This document shows, in pieces, positions 38,493 to 47,124 of a stretch of 64,000 nucleotides of DNA. Every line of letters starts with the position of its first letter. Within the stretch, counting starts at the first letter, position 1. Origin of the DNA: Lentisphaeria bacterium (GTDB lineage Bacteria; Verrucomicrobiota; Lentisphaeria; Victivallales; Victivallaceae); contig JAFVZN010000070.1 of NCBI GenBank assembly GCA_017508135.1, positions 1,122 to 65,121 of the forward strand. The letters are read 5' to 3'. The translations under genes were made by a program, and so were the position numbers. The notes below the pieces were generated by a model. The model did not search any database, had not been told where the DNA came from, and saw only the letters and a list, made by a program, of their open reading frames with translations.

Positions 38493-38876
38493 TTATTCCG
38501 AATATATGATACGGCTGGCTGAAGACTCCGCTATGCTGACTTTGGCAACTTTGATGTCGGGAGAGTTCAACTTTGCCGCCATCTGACGGTAGATGCACCG
38601 GGCAAGTACCTCGCTGGTCGGGTTGATCTCCTGAAACTCCGGCAATTCGGACAAGTTGCGGTGATCGTACTGGTTGATGACCTCATCCAGAGCCGCTTTG
38701 AGCAATTTGAAATCCAGAGCGATACCGATTTCGTTGAGTTTATCTGTTACGACAGTCACCGTCACCCCGTAGTTATGCCCGTGGAGATTACGGCAATCGC
38801 CATTGTAACCTTTGAGCTGATGGGCGGCGGCAAAAGAACGATCAATTTCGATTTCAAACAATTTCCTGTCTCCCAT
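38493..38876 (-). CDS. queD: 6-carboxytetrahydropterin synthase
   Basis: 127 aa with FAAAHQL...CRNLHGHNY. Confidence 0.9.
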   Translation of the reverse strand: MGDRKLFEIEIDRSFAAAHQLKGYNGDCRNLHGHNYGVTVTVVTDKLNEIGIALDFKLLKAALDEVINQYDHRNLSELPEFQEINPTSEVLARCIYRQMAAKLNSPDIKVAKVSIAESSASRIIYSE

Positions 38877-39007
38877 AAGGTAATTTCAAAAGTCATACAA
38901 AAAAATCGCGAGGAGTTTTGAAATTGCCTCCAAGTATAAAAGTTAAAGGCTCCGGTGGGACAGCGAGCAACTCTGCTCAGCCATTCCGCCGGAGCTTCAC
39001 CGGATGA

Positions 39008-40090
39008 TTAACGGTTTGCGCTTTCAAACTTCTTCATGAAGTCGACCAGCGCGACGATGCCTTCAACGGGCATGGCGTTGTAGATGCTGGCGCGGCATCC
39101 GCCGACCAGACGGTGACCTTTGAGCTGGGTAAGTCCGGCAGCGGTGGCTTCGGAAACAAACTTGGCATCAAGTTCATCGCTGGGGGTGCGGAAGACGACG
39201 TTCATTCTGGAACGGTCGAGACCCTTGACCGGGCAGCTGTAGAAGCTGCTGTCATCGAGGAAGTCATACAGGATCTTCGCCTTTTCGTTGTTCATCTTTT
39301 CAACACCGGCAAGACCGCCGTTTTCCTTGATCCAGTCGGTGACCAGAGCCAGCAGATAGATGGCGAAGGTGGGCGGAGTGTTGAACATGGAACCGTCTTC
39401 GATGTAGGTGGAATAACGAAGCATGGTCGGAACTTTGGTGCTGTCGGTGCGTTCAGCCAGATCCTTGCGGAGAACGACCAGCGCGACACCGGCGGGACCG
39501 AGGTTCTTCTGGGCACCGGCGTAGATCATACCGAACTTGGAAGCGTCAAACTGACGGGACATGATGTCGCTGGACATATCGGCGATAAGGGGGACACCGG
39601 CAGGAGCTTCCGGAAGGTTGAAATACTGGGTACCGGCAATGGTGTTGTTGCTGGTGATGTGCATATAAGCCGCACCCGGGGTGAGCTTCCACTGATCCTG
39701 AGCGGGAATGTGGTCATACTTGTCATCGCGGGAACTGGCAACGACGTTGACGTTACCGAACATCTTGGCTTCTTTGCTCGCCTTGTTGCTCCAGACGCCG
39801 GTATCGACGTAATCGGCAGTACCGCCGTTGAGAAAGTTCATGGCGAGCATGGCGAACTGCATGCTGGCACCGCCCTGGATGAAGAGGACAGCGTAATCAT
39901 CGGAGAGGTTCAGGATCTCCCGGACGTTGGCTTCCGCGCGGTCGATGACCGGCTGAAAAAATTTGCCGCGGTGTGAAAGTTCAAGAATACCACTGCCGCT
40001 GCCTTGGTAATCGATGAATTCAGCCTGAGCTTTGCGCATGACGGATTCCGGAAGCATTGCCGGACCAGCCGCGAAATTGTAAATCTTCAT
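39008..40090 (-). CDS. serC: Phosphoserine aminotransferase
   Basis: 360 aa with MKIYNFAAGPAMLPESV and YAGAQKNLGPAG (PLP lysine). Confidence 0.95.
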   Translation of the reverse strand: MKIYNFAAGPAMLPESVMRKAQAEFIDYQGSGSGILELSHRGKFFQPVIDRAEANVREILNLSDDYAVLFIQGGASMQFAMLAMNFLNGGTADYVDTGVWSNKASKEAKMFGNVNVVASSRDDKYDHIPAQDQWKLTPGAAYMHITSNNTIAGTQYFNLPEAPAGVPLIADMSSDIMSRQFDASKFGMIYAGAQKNLGPAGVALVVLRKDLAERTDSTKVPTMLRYSTYIEDGSMFNTPPTFAIYLLALVTDWIKENGGLAGVEKMNNEKAKILYDFLDDSSFYSCPVKGLDRSRMNVVFRTPSDELDAKFVSEATAAGLTQLKGHRLVGGCRASIYNAMPVEGIVALVDFMKKFESANR

Positions 40091-40157
40091 AACTCTCTCC
40101 TTGCCTTTCCCCGCAGAAATACTTTCCTACTGCGGTAATATCTGTTGGTTATTCCAT

Positions 40158-40186
40158 AATATACACTTGAAACAGTCAATTTTCAA
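40158..40186 (-). promoter_or_regulatory. Putative sigma70-type promoter for serC
   Basis: The minus strand reads TTGAAA, 17-nt spacer, TATATT. It lies 68 nt upstream of the serC ATG. The -35 element overlaps the last codons of the U32 gene. Confidence 0.5.
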
Positions 40187-42194
40187 GTTTGCTCAGAGAG
40201 TAAAGTTCATAAACATTGCGGTTTTTACGCACCTCGAAGCGGTTGCGCCGCTCATCGTGCCATTTTCCTTCCGTCAGCGGCACTCTGGTGACCAGAAGCG
40301 GGTGTTCTTCCGAAGTGCGGAATACGGCGATGTCAGACCGTTTCTGCAACGCAGAAAACGCGGCATCATCCAACTCCGGAGCCGCTTCAACGGCGGAACA
40401 GGACAGCTGCTCTTTCAGCAGTTTCACGGCGCGGGAGTTGCACACCGGCAAGGGGAAAAGCACACTTACTTGCACATCCGGGTACGCTTTCAACATCGTA
40501 AAACCGTGCCAGTGGGAGATCTTGAAACGGCGGATGCCGGAACGGTAGGCTTTTTCAATATCGCATTCAAGTTCTCCGAGTTCACCTTCGGAGACAAAGG
40601 GGGGAACAATAAACGCGGCAGCTTCATCGTGAACATACGGCGGCACGGAAGATGCCGGAGTTTGAGTGACCTCCTCAAAAAATGCGGTCATCTTCTCCGC
40701 ATGAGCAGAAAAATACTCTTCAACGCTCAAGCAGGCGGCGATCTCTTCCCAGAATTCCCGGCGCAGTTTTTTCAATCCGGCTGCCGGAACGAAAAATTTT
40801 CCATCCACGCGGACTGAAATATTCCCGGTGCGCCACGGCTCCGGAACGCCTTCAGAGAAACACTTTTCCACCTCGACTTTGCCCAGCGGATGCTTTTCCG
40901 CCGGAGCAAAACTTAACGCCCGGGAAAAGGTGTGACCGGCAACGCGGACTTCAATGCCTTCTGAACAGAAATCTATTTCCAGATCCAATGGATAACGCAG
41001 CGGCGGCAAATTGGCGGCATGGCGGGAGAAATCATAACCGTTCTCTCCGATCTTCAAAAGCTGCCACGCGGCACCGGCAGAAAATTTTCCGGGGATGAAC
41101 ACCCGGCTTCCGGCTTTGACCTTCAACGCTCTCACGCCGGGAGCAGATTCCATTCCGGTCAGGGAAAACGAATCTCCATCTCCGCCCTGCGGCGGCAGAA
41201 AGCGCAGCCGGTCGCCCAGATGCAGAGGAGATGATGTGGAAACCAGAATACCGCGCCGGGTGATCTTTTCCACTTTCGCAACCGGCGTTCCGAAAACTCC
41301 GGATATCCGGCTGTCCACAAGATCGCGTCTGGAGGGGAAGTCATAAAATCCCAGAGTCTTGCGCCGGGAGAGCGCGGATGAGAGAATATTTTCCGCCTCC
41401 CGGTGAGCTTCGTGAACCTCGCCCGGAGCGGCATCCAGAAGTATCCGGTAAGCGCGGGCGGTCTTCCAGACGTAATCCGGTGAACGCAGCCGCCCCTCGA
41501 TCTTCAAAGAGGATACGCCGCACGCTTTAAATTCATCAAGAAGAGTGGTCGCGCACAGATCCCCGGGGGAGAGAAAAAAACCTTCTCCCTGCGGTGTCGT
41601 GTAACGGCGGCGGCAGGGCTGTTTGCACCGCCCCCGGTTGCCGCTCTGTCCGTAAAGAAAACCGGAAAGAAGACATCTTCCGGAGAGCGAACAGCACAGC
41701 GAACCGTGAACAAAGACTTCCAGTTCGATTTTTGCCGTCCGGGAAATTTCCCGCAATTCATCAAGGGTGATCTGCCGTTCCAGAATCACCCGGCTCAATC
41801 CCAGCTCCGCCATCGCTTCGACCCCGGCGGAGTTGTGTATTCCCATCTGGGTCGAAGCGTGGAGTTTCAGTTCGGGAAAATATTTTTTTGCCACTTCGAC
41901 CACTCCCGGGTCCTGTACGATAAGCGCATCCGGATGAAGCCGGGCAAGGGTGGTCAAAGTTTCAAAGAGCGTACCGAGTTCATCCTCTTTCACCAATGTG
42001 TTGAGGGTAACGTAAACTTTTTTGGAGTTTTCATTGGCGTAACGGATAAGTTTGCCCAGAGTTTCCGGTGTAAAATTTTCCGCCCGCATCCGGGCATTGA
42101 AAGCTCCGGAAAGACCGCAATAGACCGCATCGGCACCGCCGTCAAAGGCGGCAAGCGCAAGTTCTGGATTCCCGGCGGGAGAGAGCAGTTCCAT
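40176..42194 (-). CDS. Long U32 family protein (RlhA/YdcP-like architecture)
   Basis: 672 aa with the N-terminus MELLSPAGNPE...GADAVYCG. It matches the U32 signature E-x-F-x2-G-S-L-C-x4-G-x-C-x-L-S exactly (EVFVHGSLCCSLSGRCLLS). The long C-terminal extension resembles the ~650-aa YdcP class. Confidence 0.9.
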   Translation of the reverse strand: MELLSPAGNPELALAAFDGGADAVYCGLSGAFNARMRAENFTPETLGKLIRYANENSKKVYVTLNTLVKEDELGTLFETLTTLARLHPDALIVQDPGVVEVAKKYFPELKLHASTQMGIHNSAGVEAMAELGLSRVILERQITLDELREISRTAKIELEVFVHGSLCCSLSGRCLLSGFLYGQSGNRGRCKQPCRRRYTTPQGEGFFLSPGDLCATTLLDEFKACGVSSLKIEGRLRSPDYVWKTARAYRILLDAAPGEVHEAHREAENILSSALSRRKTLGFYDFPSRRDLVDSRISGVFGTPVAKVEKITRRGILVSTSSPLHLGDRLRFLPPQGGDGDSFSLTGMESAPGVRALKVKAGSRVFIPGKFSAGAAWQLLKIGENGYDFSRHAANLPPLRYPLDLEIDFCSEGIEVRVAGHTFSRALSFAPAEKHPLGKVEVEKCFSEGVPEPWRTGNISVRVDGKFFVPAAGLKKLRREFWEEIAACLSVEEYFSAHAEKMTAFFEEVTQTPASSVPPYVHDEAAAFIVPPFVSEGELGELECDIEKAYRSGIRRFKISHWHGFTMLKAYPDVQVSVLFPLPVCNSRAVKLLKEQLSCSAVEAAPELDDAAFSALQKRSDIAVFRTSEEHPLLVTRVPLTEGKWHDERRNRFEVRKNRNVYELYSLSKLEN

Positions 42195-42211
42195 AGATCA
42201 CCCCCCGCAGG

Positions 42212-43102
42212 TCAATCATCCATCTTGAGTTTTCCCCGGCGGCGCGGCGGACGGCGCAGCGTGGCATCGTTATCGACACCACAGCTGAAACGGACGGCGG
42301 CGGCACCGGCGGAGGCGATATTCAAAGCGAAACCGTTCCGCTGTTCGGGAGCGACATTGTTTTGCAGCTGCGCCTCCCGCAGTAAACGGAAGCGGGGACA
42401 CTCCGGGAAAAGTTCCACTACGCCCCAGACGGGAGGAATAAGTTCCGGAGAGAGAAGTTTTTCCGGGATGGCAAGGTAACATTGATCGGCGACACCCGCC
42501 TGCCGGATGCGTTCAAGTTTGCTGCCTTTGCACAATATTTCCAGTTCCCGGGTGATGGTGCGGCAGAGCTTGTGATAATCCCGGTTTACAGAAGAAGCAT
42601 AATCCCAACTGCGGAACTCGGAAAAAAGATCATCGGCAGCGGCAAGGTGCGGTTCATTTTTCCGGATAAGGGCCTCCATTGCCGCTTTTTCCTGCTGTAA
42701 TGAGTTTATCATCTCCATGCGTTCAGCTTTTCCGGTGCAATCGGCAAAACAGTTGTCGATATCGTTGTACATCATCACCAGCGCGGTGCGGGTGACGATG
42801 GTTCCGCTGCGGCGGGCCTGTTTCCAGAATCCTGCGACCGAGGCGCGGTATTTGCTGGTTCTGGTCGGAACATTCAGAGCGACCGCATCCGGATGTAAAG
42901 AGACGAAAAATGCCAATGCCGCCTGCTGCAACTCAGCACGGGAAAGCGTTTTATCCTTTTTCTCAACGGCAATGACTGCCGGAACTTCGACTTCGGCAGC
43001 AGTCCCGGCATCCGGCTTCACCGCCGATTCAGCGGCGGCAAAGGCGGCAAATTCAAACAAATCCATATTCTGATTATCGTTCACAGCGGTATCCCCGATC
43101 AA
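42212..43102 (-). CDS. Hypothetical protein
   Basis: 296-aa ORF with coding-like composition. Its start overlaps the stop of the upstream small lipoprotein gene by 4 nt. I recognise no motif confidently. Confidence 0.6.
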   Translation of the reverse strand: MIGDTAVNDNQNMDLFEFAAFAAAESAVKPDAGTAAEVEVPAVIAVEKKDKTLSRAELQQAALAFFVSLHPDAVALNVPTRTSKYRASVAGFWKQARRSGTIVTRTALVMMYNDIDNCFADCTGKAERMEMINSLQQEKAAMEALIRKNEPHLAAADDLFSEFRSWDYASSVNRDYHKLCRTITRELEILCKGSKLERIRQAGVADQCYLAIPEKLLSPELIPPVWGVVELFPECPRFRLLREAQLQNNVAPEQRNGFALNIASAGAAAVRFSCGVDNDATLRRPPRRRGKLKMDD

Positions 43103-43488
43103 AAGTATTTGCCATTTTTGGTTCCGAACACATCATCGCCTCTCCGGGTGCGCTCCTTTTTGTTGCGCTCATTGATGCGGCGTATCTCCGGGTCATCGGA
43201 GGGGTAACGGGTATCACCGAAACTTTTTTCCACCAGTGCCCGCTCCCGGTCATTGAGTTCAGAACTGGTGACCGGTCGGCTTTTGGCAGGTTTCCCCCGG
43301 TGAAACACGGTGTCGAAAAGTTTATCTCCGGTTTCGCCGTGCCGGGCAGGACGGGGAGGAGCTTTCTTTTTGGGAGCAGAACGTTTCATCGATTCCGGAG
43401 TGCGGGAAAAAGCGTTGCGGAAACTCCGGCATCCCGTAAAAAGCAGGATGCAGAGCATCATAACGGTAAAGCTGACCCGTTTATTCAT
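43099..43488 (-). CDS. Small basic lipoprotein, unknown function
   Basis: 129 aa. Lipobox ILLFTGCRS. Highly basic (Lys/Arg-rich). Confidence 0.6.
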   Translation of the reverse strand: MNKRVSFTVMMLCILLFTGCRSFRNAFSRTPESMKRSAPKKKAPPRPARHGETGDKLFDTVFHRGKPAKSRPVTSSELNDRERALVEKSFGDTRYPSDDPEIRRINERNKKERTRRGDDVFGTKNGKYF

Positions 43489-43502
43489 AAGTTACCTCCT
43501 GC

Positions 43503-44528
43503 TCATGATTTTTTCATCCGGGATATCCGCAGCTGACCGCAGGCGGCGGACTTTTTGCCGCCCCGTTCCACCCGGCGGGTGACGCGGGCTCCGGCGGATT
43601 TTATCTCATTTTCAAAACTTTCAATAACCGTGCGCTCCGGACGGCGGAAATCACCGTCGGTGGCATTGTAGGGAATAAGATTGATCTTGGCGTGATGGTC
43701 GATGGCGATCTGTGCCAGCTTGCGCGCGGAATCAAGGTCATCGTTCACCCCGGCGATCATGGTGTATTCCAGAGTGTACTGGCGGTTGTTGGCATCGCGG
43801 CACAAATCGGCGGCTTTCAATATTTCCGCGATGCTGAAACGGACACGGGGCGGAATAAGTCCGGCTCTGATCTCATCGCTGACGGCGTGTAAACTCACGG
43901 CAAGGTTGTACTCTTTTTTCAATTCAGCGAACTTCAGCATACCGGGAACATAACCGCTGGTGGAAACGGTTATCCGGCGCGGCGACATCCCGAACCCGTC
44001 GGGCGAGGTCAATATTTCCAGTGCCGGGAAAAGCTGTTCCACATTCAGCATCCCTTCGCCGATGCCCATAAAAACCAGATTATCCGGGAATCCGGCACGG
44101 CGGGTCCCGAGCATGAACTCTTCAATAATTTCGCCGCAGCTCAGATTCCGGGTAAAACCGTTCTTTCCCGAGGCGCAGAAATAACATCCGACCGGACAGC
44201 CGACCTGCGTACTCAGACAGAAGGTCATCCGTTCTCCGGAGGGGATGACGACCATCTCGATACATTCGCCATCATGCAGTGTCAGCAGCAGTTTTTCCAC
44301 TCCGTCACCGGAGGAGACGATTTCGGAAACGGAACTTCCCGGAGCGTGAAAATCCTCTTTCAGAAGTTCCCGCATATTCTGCGGCAGATTCAACATGGCA
44401 CCGGGGTCGGCTTCGACTTGTTCATAAAGCCAGTTGGCGATCTGCCTGCCCCGGAACTTCGGCAGTTTGCGTTCAATGCACCAACGGGTCAGGGTGTCGA
44501 TACTGCATCCGGCAAGAAAAGGTTTCAT
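43503..44528 (-). CDS. rlmN: 23S rRNA/tRNA (adenine-C2)-methyltransferase RlmN (radical SAM)
   Basis: The start is set at ATG 44528 (MKPFLAGCSIDTL...KFRGRQIANWLY), which overlaps the upstream TPR gene's stop (ATGA). It has the radical-SAM motif GCPVGCYFCASG. The track ORF (to 44693) carries a spurious Arg/Cys-rich extension. Confidence 0.9.
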   Translation of the reverse strand: MKPFLAGCSIDTLTRWCIERKLPKFRGRQIANWLYEQVEADPGAMLNLPQNMRELLKEDFHAPGSSVSEIVSSGDGVEKLLLTLHDGECIEMVVIPSGERMTFCLSTQVGCPVGCYFCASGKNGFTRNLSCGEIIEEFMLGTRRAGFPDNLVFMGIGEGMLNVEQLFPALEILTSPDGFGMSPRRITVSTSGYVPGMLKFAELKKEYNLAVSLHAVSDEIRAGLIPPRVRFSIAEILKAADLCRDANNRQYTLEYTMIAGVNDDLDSARKLAQIAIDHHAKINLIPYNATDGDFRRPERTVIESFENEIKSAGARVTRRVERGGKKSAACGQLRISRMKKS

Positions 44529-46042
44529 TTTGACAACTCCTGTTTCAACTCTTTGGCACGGGCATGATCGTATTCGGAATCTTCGCTCAACGCGGCAAGT
44601 TCCGCCTTCCGCAGATATTCCCGGGCGGCATCTTTGTCTTTCGTGGCGGCAAGTTCGATCTCGGCGGCATGAAGGAGGATGGTGGAAGGACAATCGGCGG
44701 GGTTGGAAAACTTCAACGCCAGACGGATGAAACGGCGCGCCTGAGTAAAGCGTTTTTTCCGGTAGAGCAAATACGCCATGCTGTCGAGGTATGCCGGATT
44801 TTTCGGCTCTGCGTTGACGGCATATTTCAACAGTTTTTCCGCGCGGTCAAGTTCGATATTCAAAACGGCGAAGTTGTAGGCGATGCCGTTGGCATTGGCG
44901 GGGATAAGGAGCTTTTTTTTGTTCTTCTCCGCGACGGAGGCGATCTCTTTCAACATGGAACGGTTCCGGGTGTGCCAGATGAGTTCAAGCATCGCCCGGA
45001 TGGTCCAGGGAGAAGAAACCGTTCCGGAAGAGAGAACCGCGGAAACATTCTTTTCGGCAATGTCATACTTTTTATCGCAGACCGCCCGGATCAGACCGGC
45101 TTCGTTTGCCGGAAAAAATTTGTCCAGCCGGGAGGAGTCGTTAAAGTACATAGCGAGGGCAAATGCTCCGAAGCCGGAATTTTTCTGTTTGGGAAAAAGA
45201 TCAAGCAGTTTGCGATCCCGGGTGGCAAATGCCGCTTCGTAAACTTGAGCGCGCACAGCTTCGCTGCGGGAATCAGCCAACTTTCCGGCGTAGACGGCGG
45301 CATGTTTCAGCAAGTGAGCGTTGTACACTTGAAGCAGAACAACGGAATGGGGGAACGGAAGAACATCTTCCAACGCGATCAGTTTCTTCAATGTATCGTC
45401 ATAATGCTTTTTGCATCCGGTATCCGGAAGTTTCTGCCAGCGGTCGAAGTTCGGCGCGGAACAGTGTTCCTCCCACGCGCCGTTCCAGAAGAGATAGAAC
45501 GCATGGTAAAGCAGTTCAAACTTGAGTTTGGCATCAAGTTCCTCCGGAATGGCAGTGACGATACGGGCGACGGTATTTCCGGCTTGGGAACAACTGTTGT
45601 TCCGGATATGGAACGCGGCATACTGTTCTGTGATCTTTTGAACCGCTTGCCACTCCTGCAAAGTCAATGCCGGAAAATCGCACTTTTCAATAAAGTTTTT
45701 CCGGTAGGCATCCCGCTGTTTTCCGTCCGGGATGAACTTCAAAGCGATAACGGCGACACCAGGAGCGGAGCCATGCTGTTTCAGCAGATTTTCCGCTGAA
45801 CGTGTCATGACCGGAGTGACCTTTTTATCTTTGCTCAAAGTGGAGATGACAAGATCGAGTTCAACGGCTTTTTCCGGATACTTTTCCAATAACTGCAAAA
45901 AGCGTTCCACTTTCAACACCGGGTCGTCAATGCAGAGTGCGGTATGGTATCCGCAGTAAAAAGCACTGTGATCTGCCGCAGGTGAACACCAAGCGGATAC
46001 CGTCAACAGCACGGCAACAATAAATATGGTCGTAAATCTCAT
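44525..46042 (-). CDS. Secreted TPR-like repeat protein
   Basis: 505 aa with a signal peptide (MRFTTIFIVAVLLTVSAWCSPA) and C-terminal TPR-like helices (AYLDSMAYLLYRKKRFTQARRFI). Confidence 0.75.
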   Translation of the reverse strand: MRFTTIFIVAVLLTVSAWCSPAADHSAFYCGYHTALCIDDPVLKVERFLQLLEKYPEKAVELDLVISTLSKDKKVTPVMTRSAENLLKQHGSAPGVAVIALKFIPDGKQRDAYRKNFIEKCDFPALTLQEWQAVQKITEQYAAFHIRNNSCSQAGNTVARIVTAIPEELDAKLKFELLYHAFYLFWNGAWEEHCSAPNFDRWQKLPDTGCKKHYDDTLKKLIALEDVLPFPHSVVLLQVYNAHLLKHAAVYAGKLADSRSEAVRAQVYEAAFATRDRKLLDLFPKQKNSGFGAFALAMYFNDSSRLDKFFPANEAGLIRAVCDKKYDIAEKNVSAVLSSGTVSSPWTIRAMLELIWHTRNRSMLKEIASVAEKNKKKLLIPANANGIAYNFAVLNIELDRAEKLLKYAVNAEPKNPAYLDSMAYLLYRKKRFTQARRFIRLALKFSNPADCPSTILLHAAEIELAATKDKDAAREYLRKAELAALSEDSEYDHARAKELKQELSK

Positions 46043-47124
46043 TTTTCCAACTCCGAAATAAAAAATTTCAACGCTTCTTCGCGGGTGGCTTGCCGGATAA
46101 CTTCACCGTTGCGGAAGATTATCAGCTCACCGCTGCGGGTCCCGCTGATACCGAGATCGGCATCCCGCGCTTCGCCGGGGCCGTTGACCGGGCATCCCAT
46201 CACGGCGATTTTTTTAAGATTGGTTTGTCTGCCGGAGGCTTTGAACTCCTGAATGACAGTTTCAATGTCGTTTATCAAACCGAAAAGGTCTATTTCTGTT
46301 CTGCCGCAGCTGGGACAGGAAACTATCTCCGGCATGGCATCGCGGATGCCGCAGGCTTCGAGTATCCTGACGGCGGCGTGGATCTCCTCCTCCGGAGAGG
46401 CGGTCAAACTTATCCGGATGGTGTCACCGATGCCGTCCGGCAGCAATGCGCCCAGCGCGGCGGCGGATTTGATGATCCCGCGCTGCGGAGTTCCGGCTTC
46501 GGTCAATCCGAGGTGCAGCGGGTAATCGGTCATCGCGGCAAAGCGGCGGCAGGCATTGACGGTAACGCGCACATCGGAACACTTCAATGCGACCTTGATA
46601 TTTCTGACCCCGTACTGCTCCAATTTCTGACACTGCAAATATGCCGCATCGCACAAGCCTTCAGCGATGGCATCTTCGCGGGGAATGCCACGGTTCAGCC
46701 TGCGTTCGATATCCTGACGCGGCAAACTTCCGGCGTTGGCACCGACCCGGATGGGGATGTTGGAACTTATCACTTTCCGGGCAACAACTTTCAGCATATC
46801 TTCATCACGGACGATGCCCGGATTGAGCCGGATCGCGGCACAGCCGGCATCGACAGCTTTTACCGCCATCTCCGCGTTGAACTGGATATCCGCCACCAGC
46901 GGCAGCGGTGATTCGGCATTTATCCGGTAAAGTGCCGCAATGTCTTCATCTTTATCCACAGAGACCCGGCTGATCTGACAACCGGCATTTGCCAACCGGT
47001 GCAGCTGCTCCAGTGTGGCATCCGCATCGGAGGTCAAGGTGTTGCACATGGATTGGATGGATACCGGATGATCGGAACCGACACCCACTTTTCCAAGCAT
47101 GAAATTACGGGTTTTCCGGCGCAT
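46039..47124 (-). CDS. ispG: 4-hydroxy-3-methylbut-2-enyl diphosphate synthase
   Basis: 361 aa with RRKTRNFMLGKVGVGSDHPVSIQSM and CPSCGR...GCPVNGPGE. Confidence 0.95.
   Translation of the reverse strand: MRRKTRNFMLGKVGVGSDHPVSIQSMCNTLTSDADATLEQLHRLANAGCQISRVSVDKDEDIAALYRINAESPLPLVADIQFNAEMAVKAVDAGCAAIRLNPGIVRDEDMLKVVARKVISSNIPIRVGANAGSLPRQDIERRLNRGIPREDAIAEGLCDAAYLQCQKLEQYGVRNIKVALKCSDVRVTVNACRRFAAMTDYPLHLGLTEAGTPQRGIIKSAAALGALLPDGIGDTIRISLTASPEEEIHAAVRILEACGIRDAMPEIVSCPSCGRTEIDLFGLINDIETVIQEFKASGRQTNLKKIAVMGCPVNGPGEARDADLGISGTRSGELIIFRNGEVIRQATREEALKFFISELEK

Noticed and set aside
38877-39007. Possible preQ1 riboswitch upstream of queD
   Set aside because: The only candidate hairpin (GGAG-gcaatttcaaaa-CUCC on the minus strand) lacks the conserved loop residues and the A-rich 3' tail that pairs over the SD. 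The larger stem (gctccggcgg / ccaccggagc) looks like the serC terminator. A covariance-model scan is needed to be sure.
43503-44693. N-terminal extensions offered by the ORF track for rlmN (to 44693), and likewise cysK (from 27043), cdsA (to 52565), folD (from 48928), the response regulator (from 55463) and the EamA gene (from 57820)
   Set aside because: The extensions are Arg/Cys-rich or overlap the upstream gene. They have no counterpart in the respective families. Internal ATGs with Shine-Dalgarno sequences or ATGA coupling give canonical N-termini.
44564-45799. 411-aa ORF antisense to the TPR protein gene
   Set aside because: Gly/Arg/Phe-rich shadow ORF. The minus-strand ORF has a signal peptide, is translationally coupled on both sides (ispG upstream, rlmN downstream) and has TPR-like helices.
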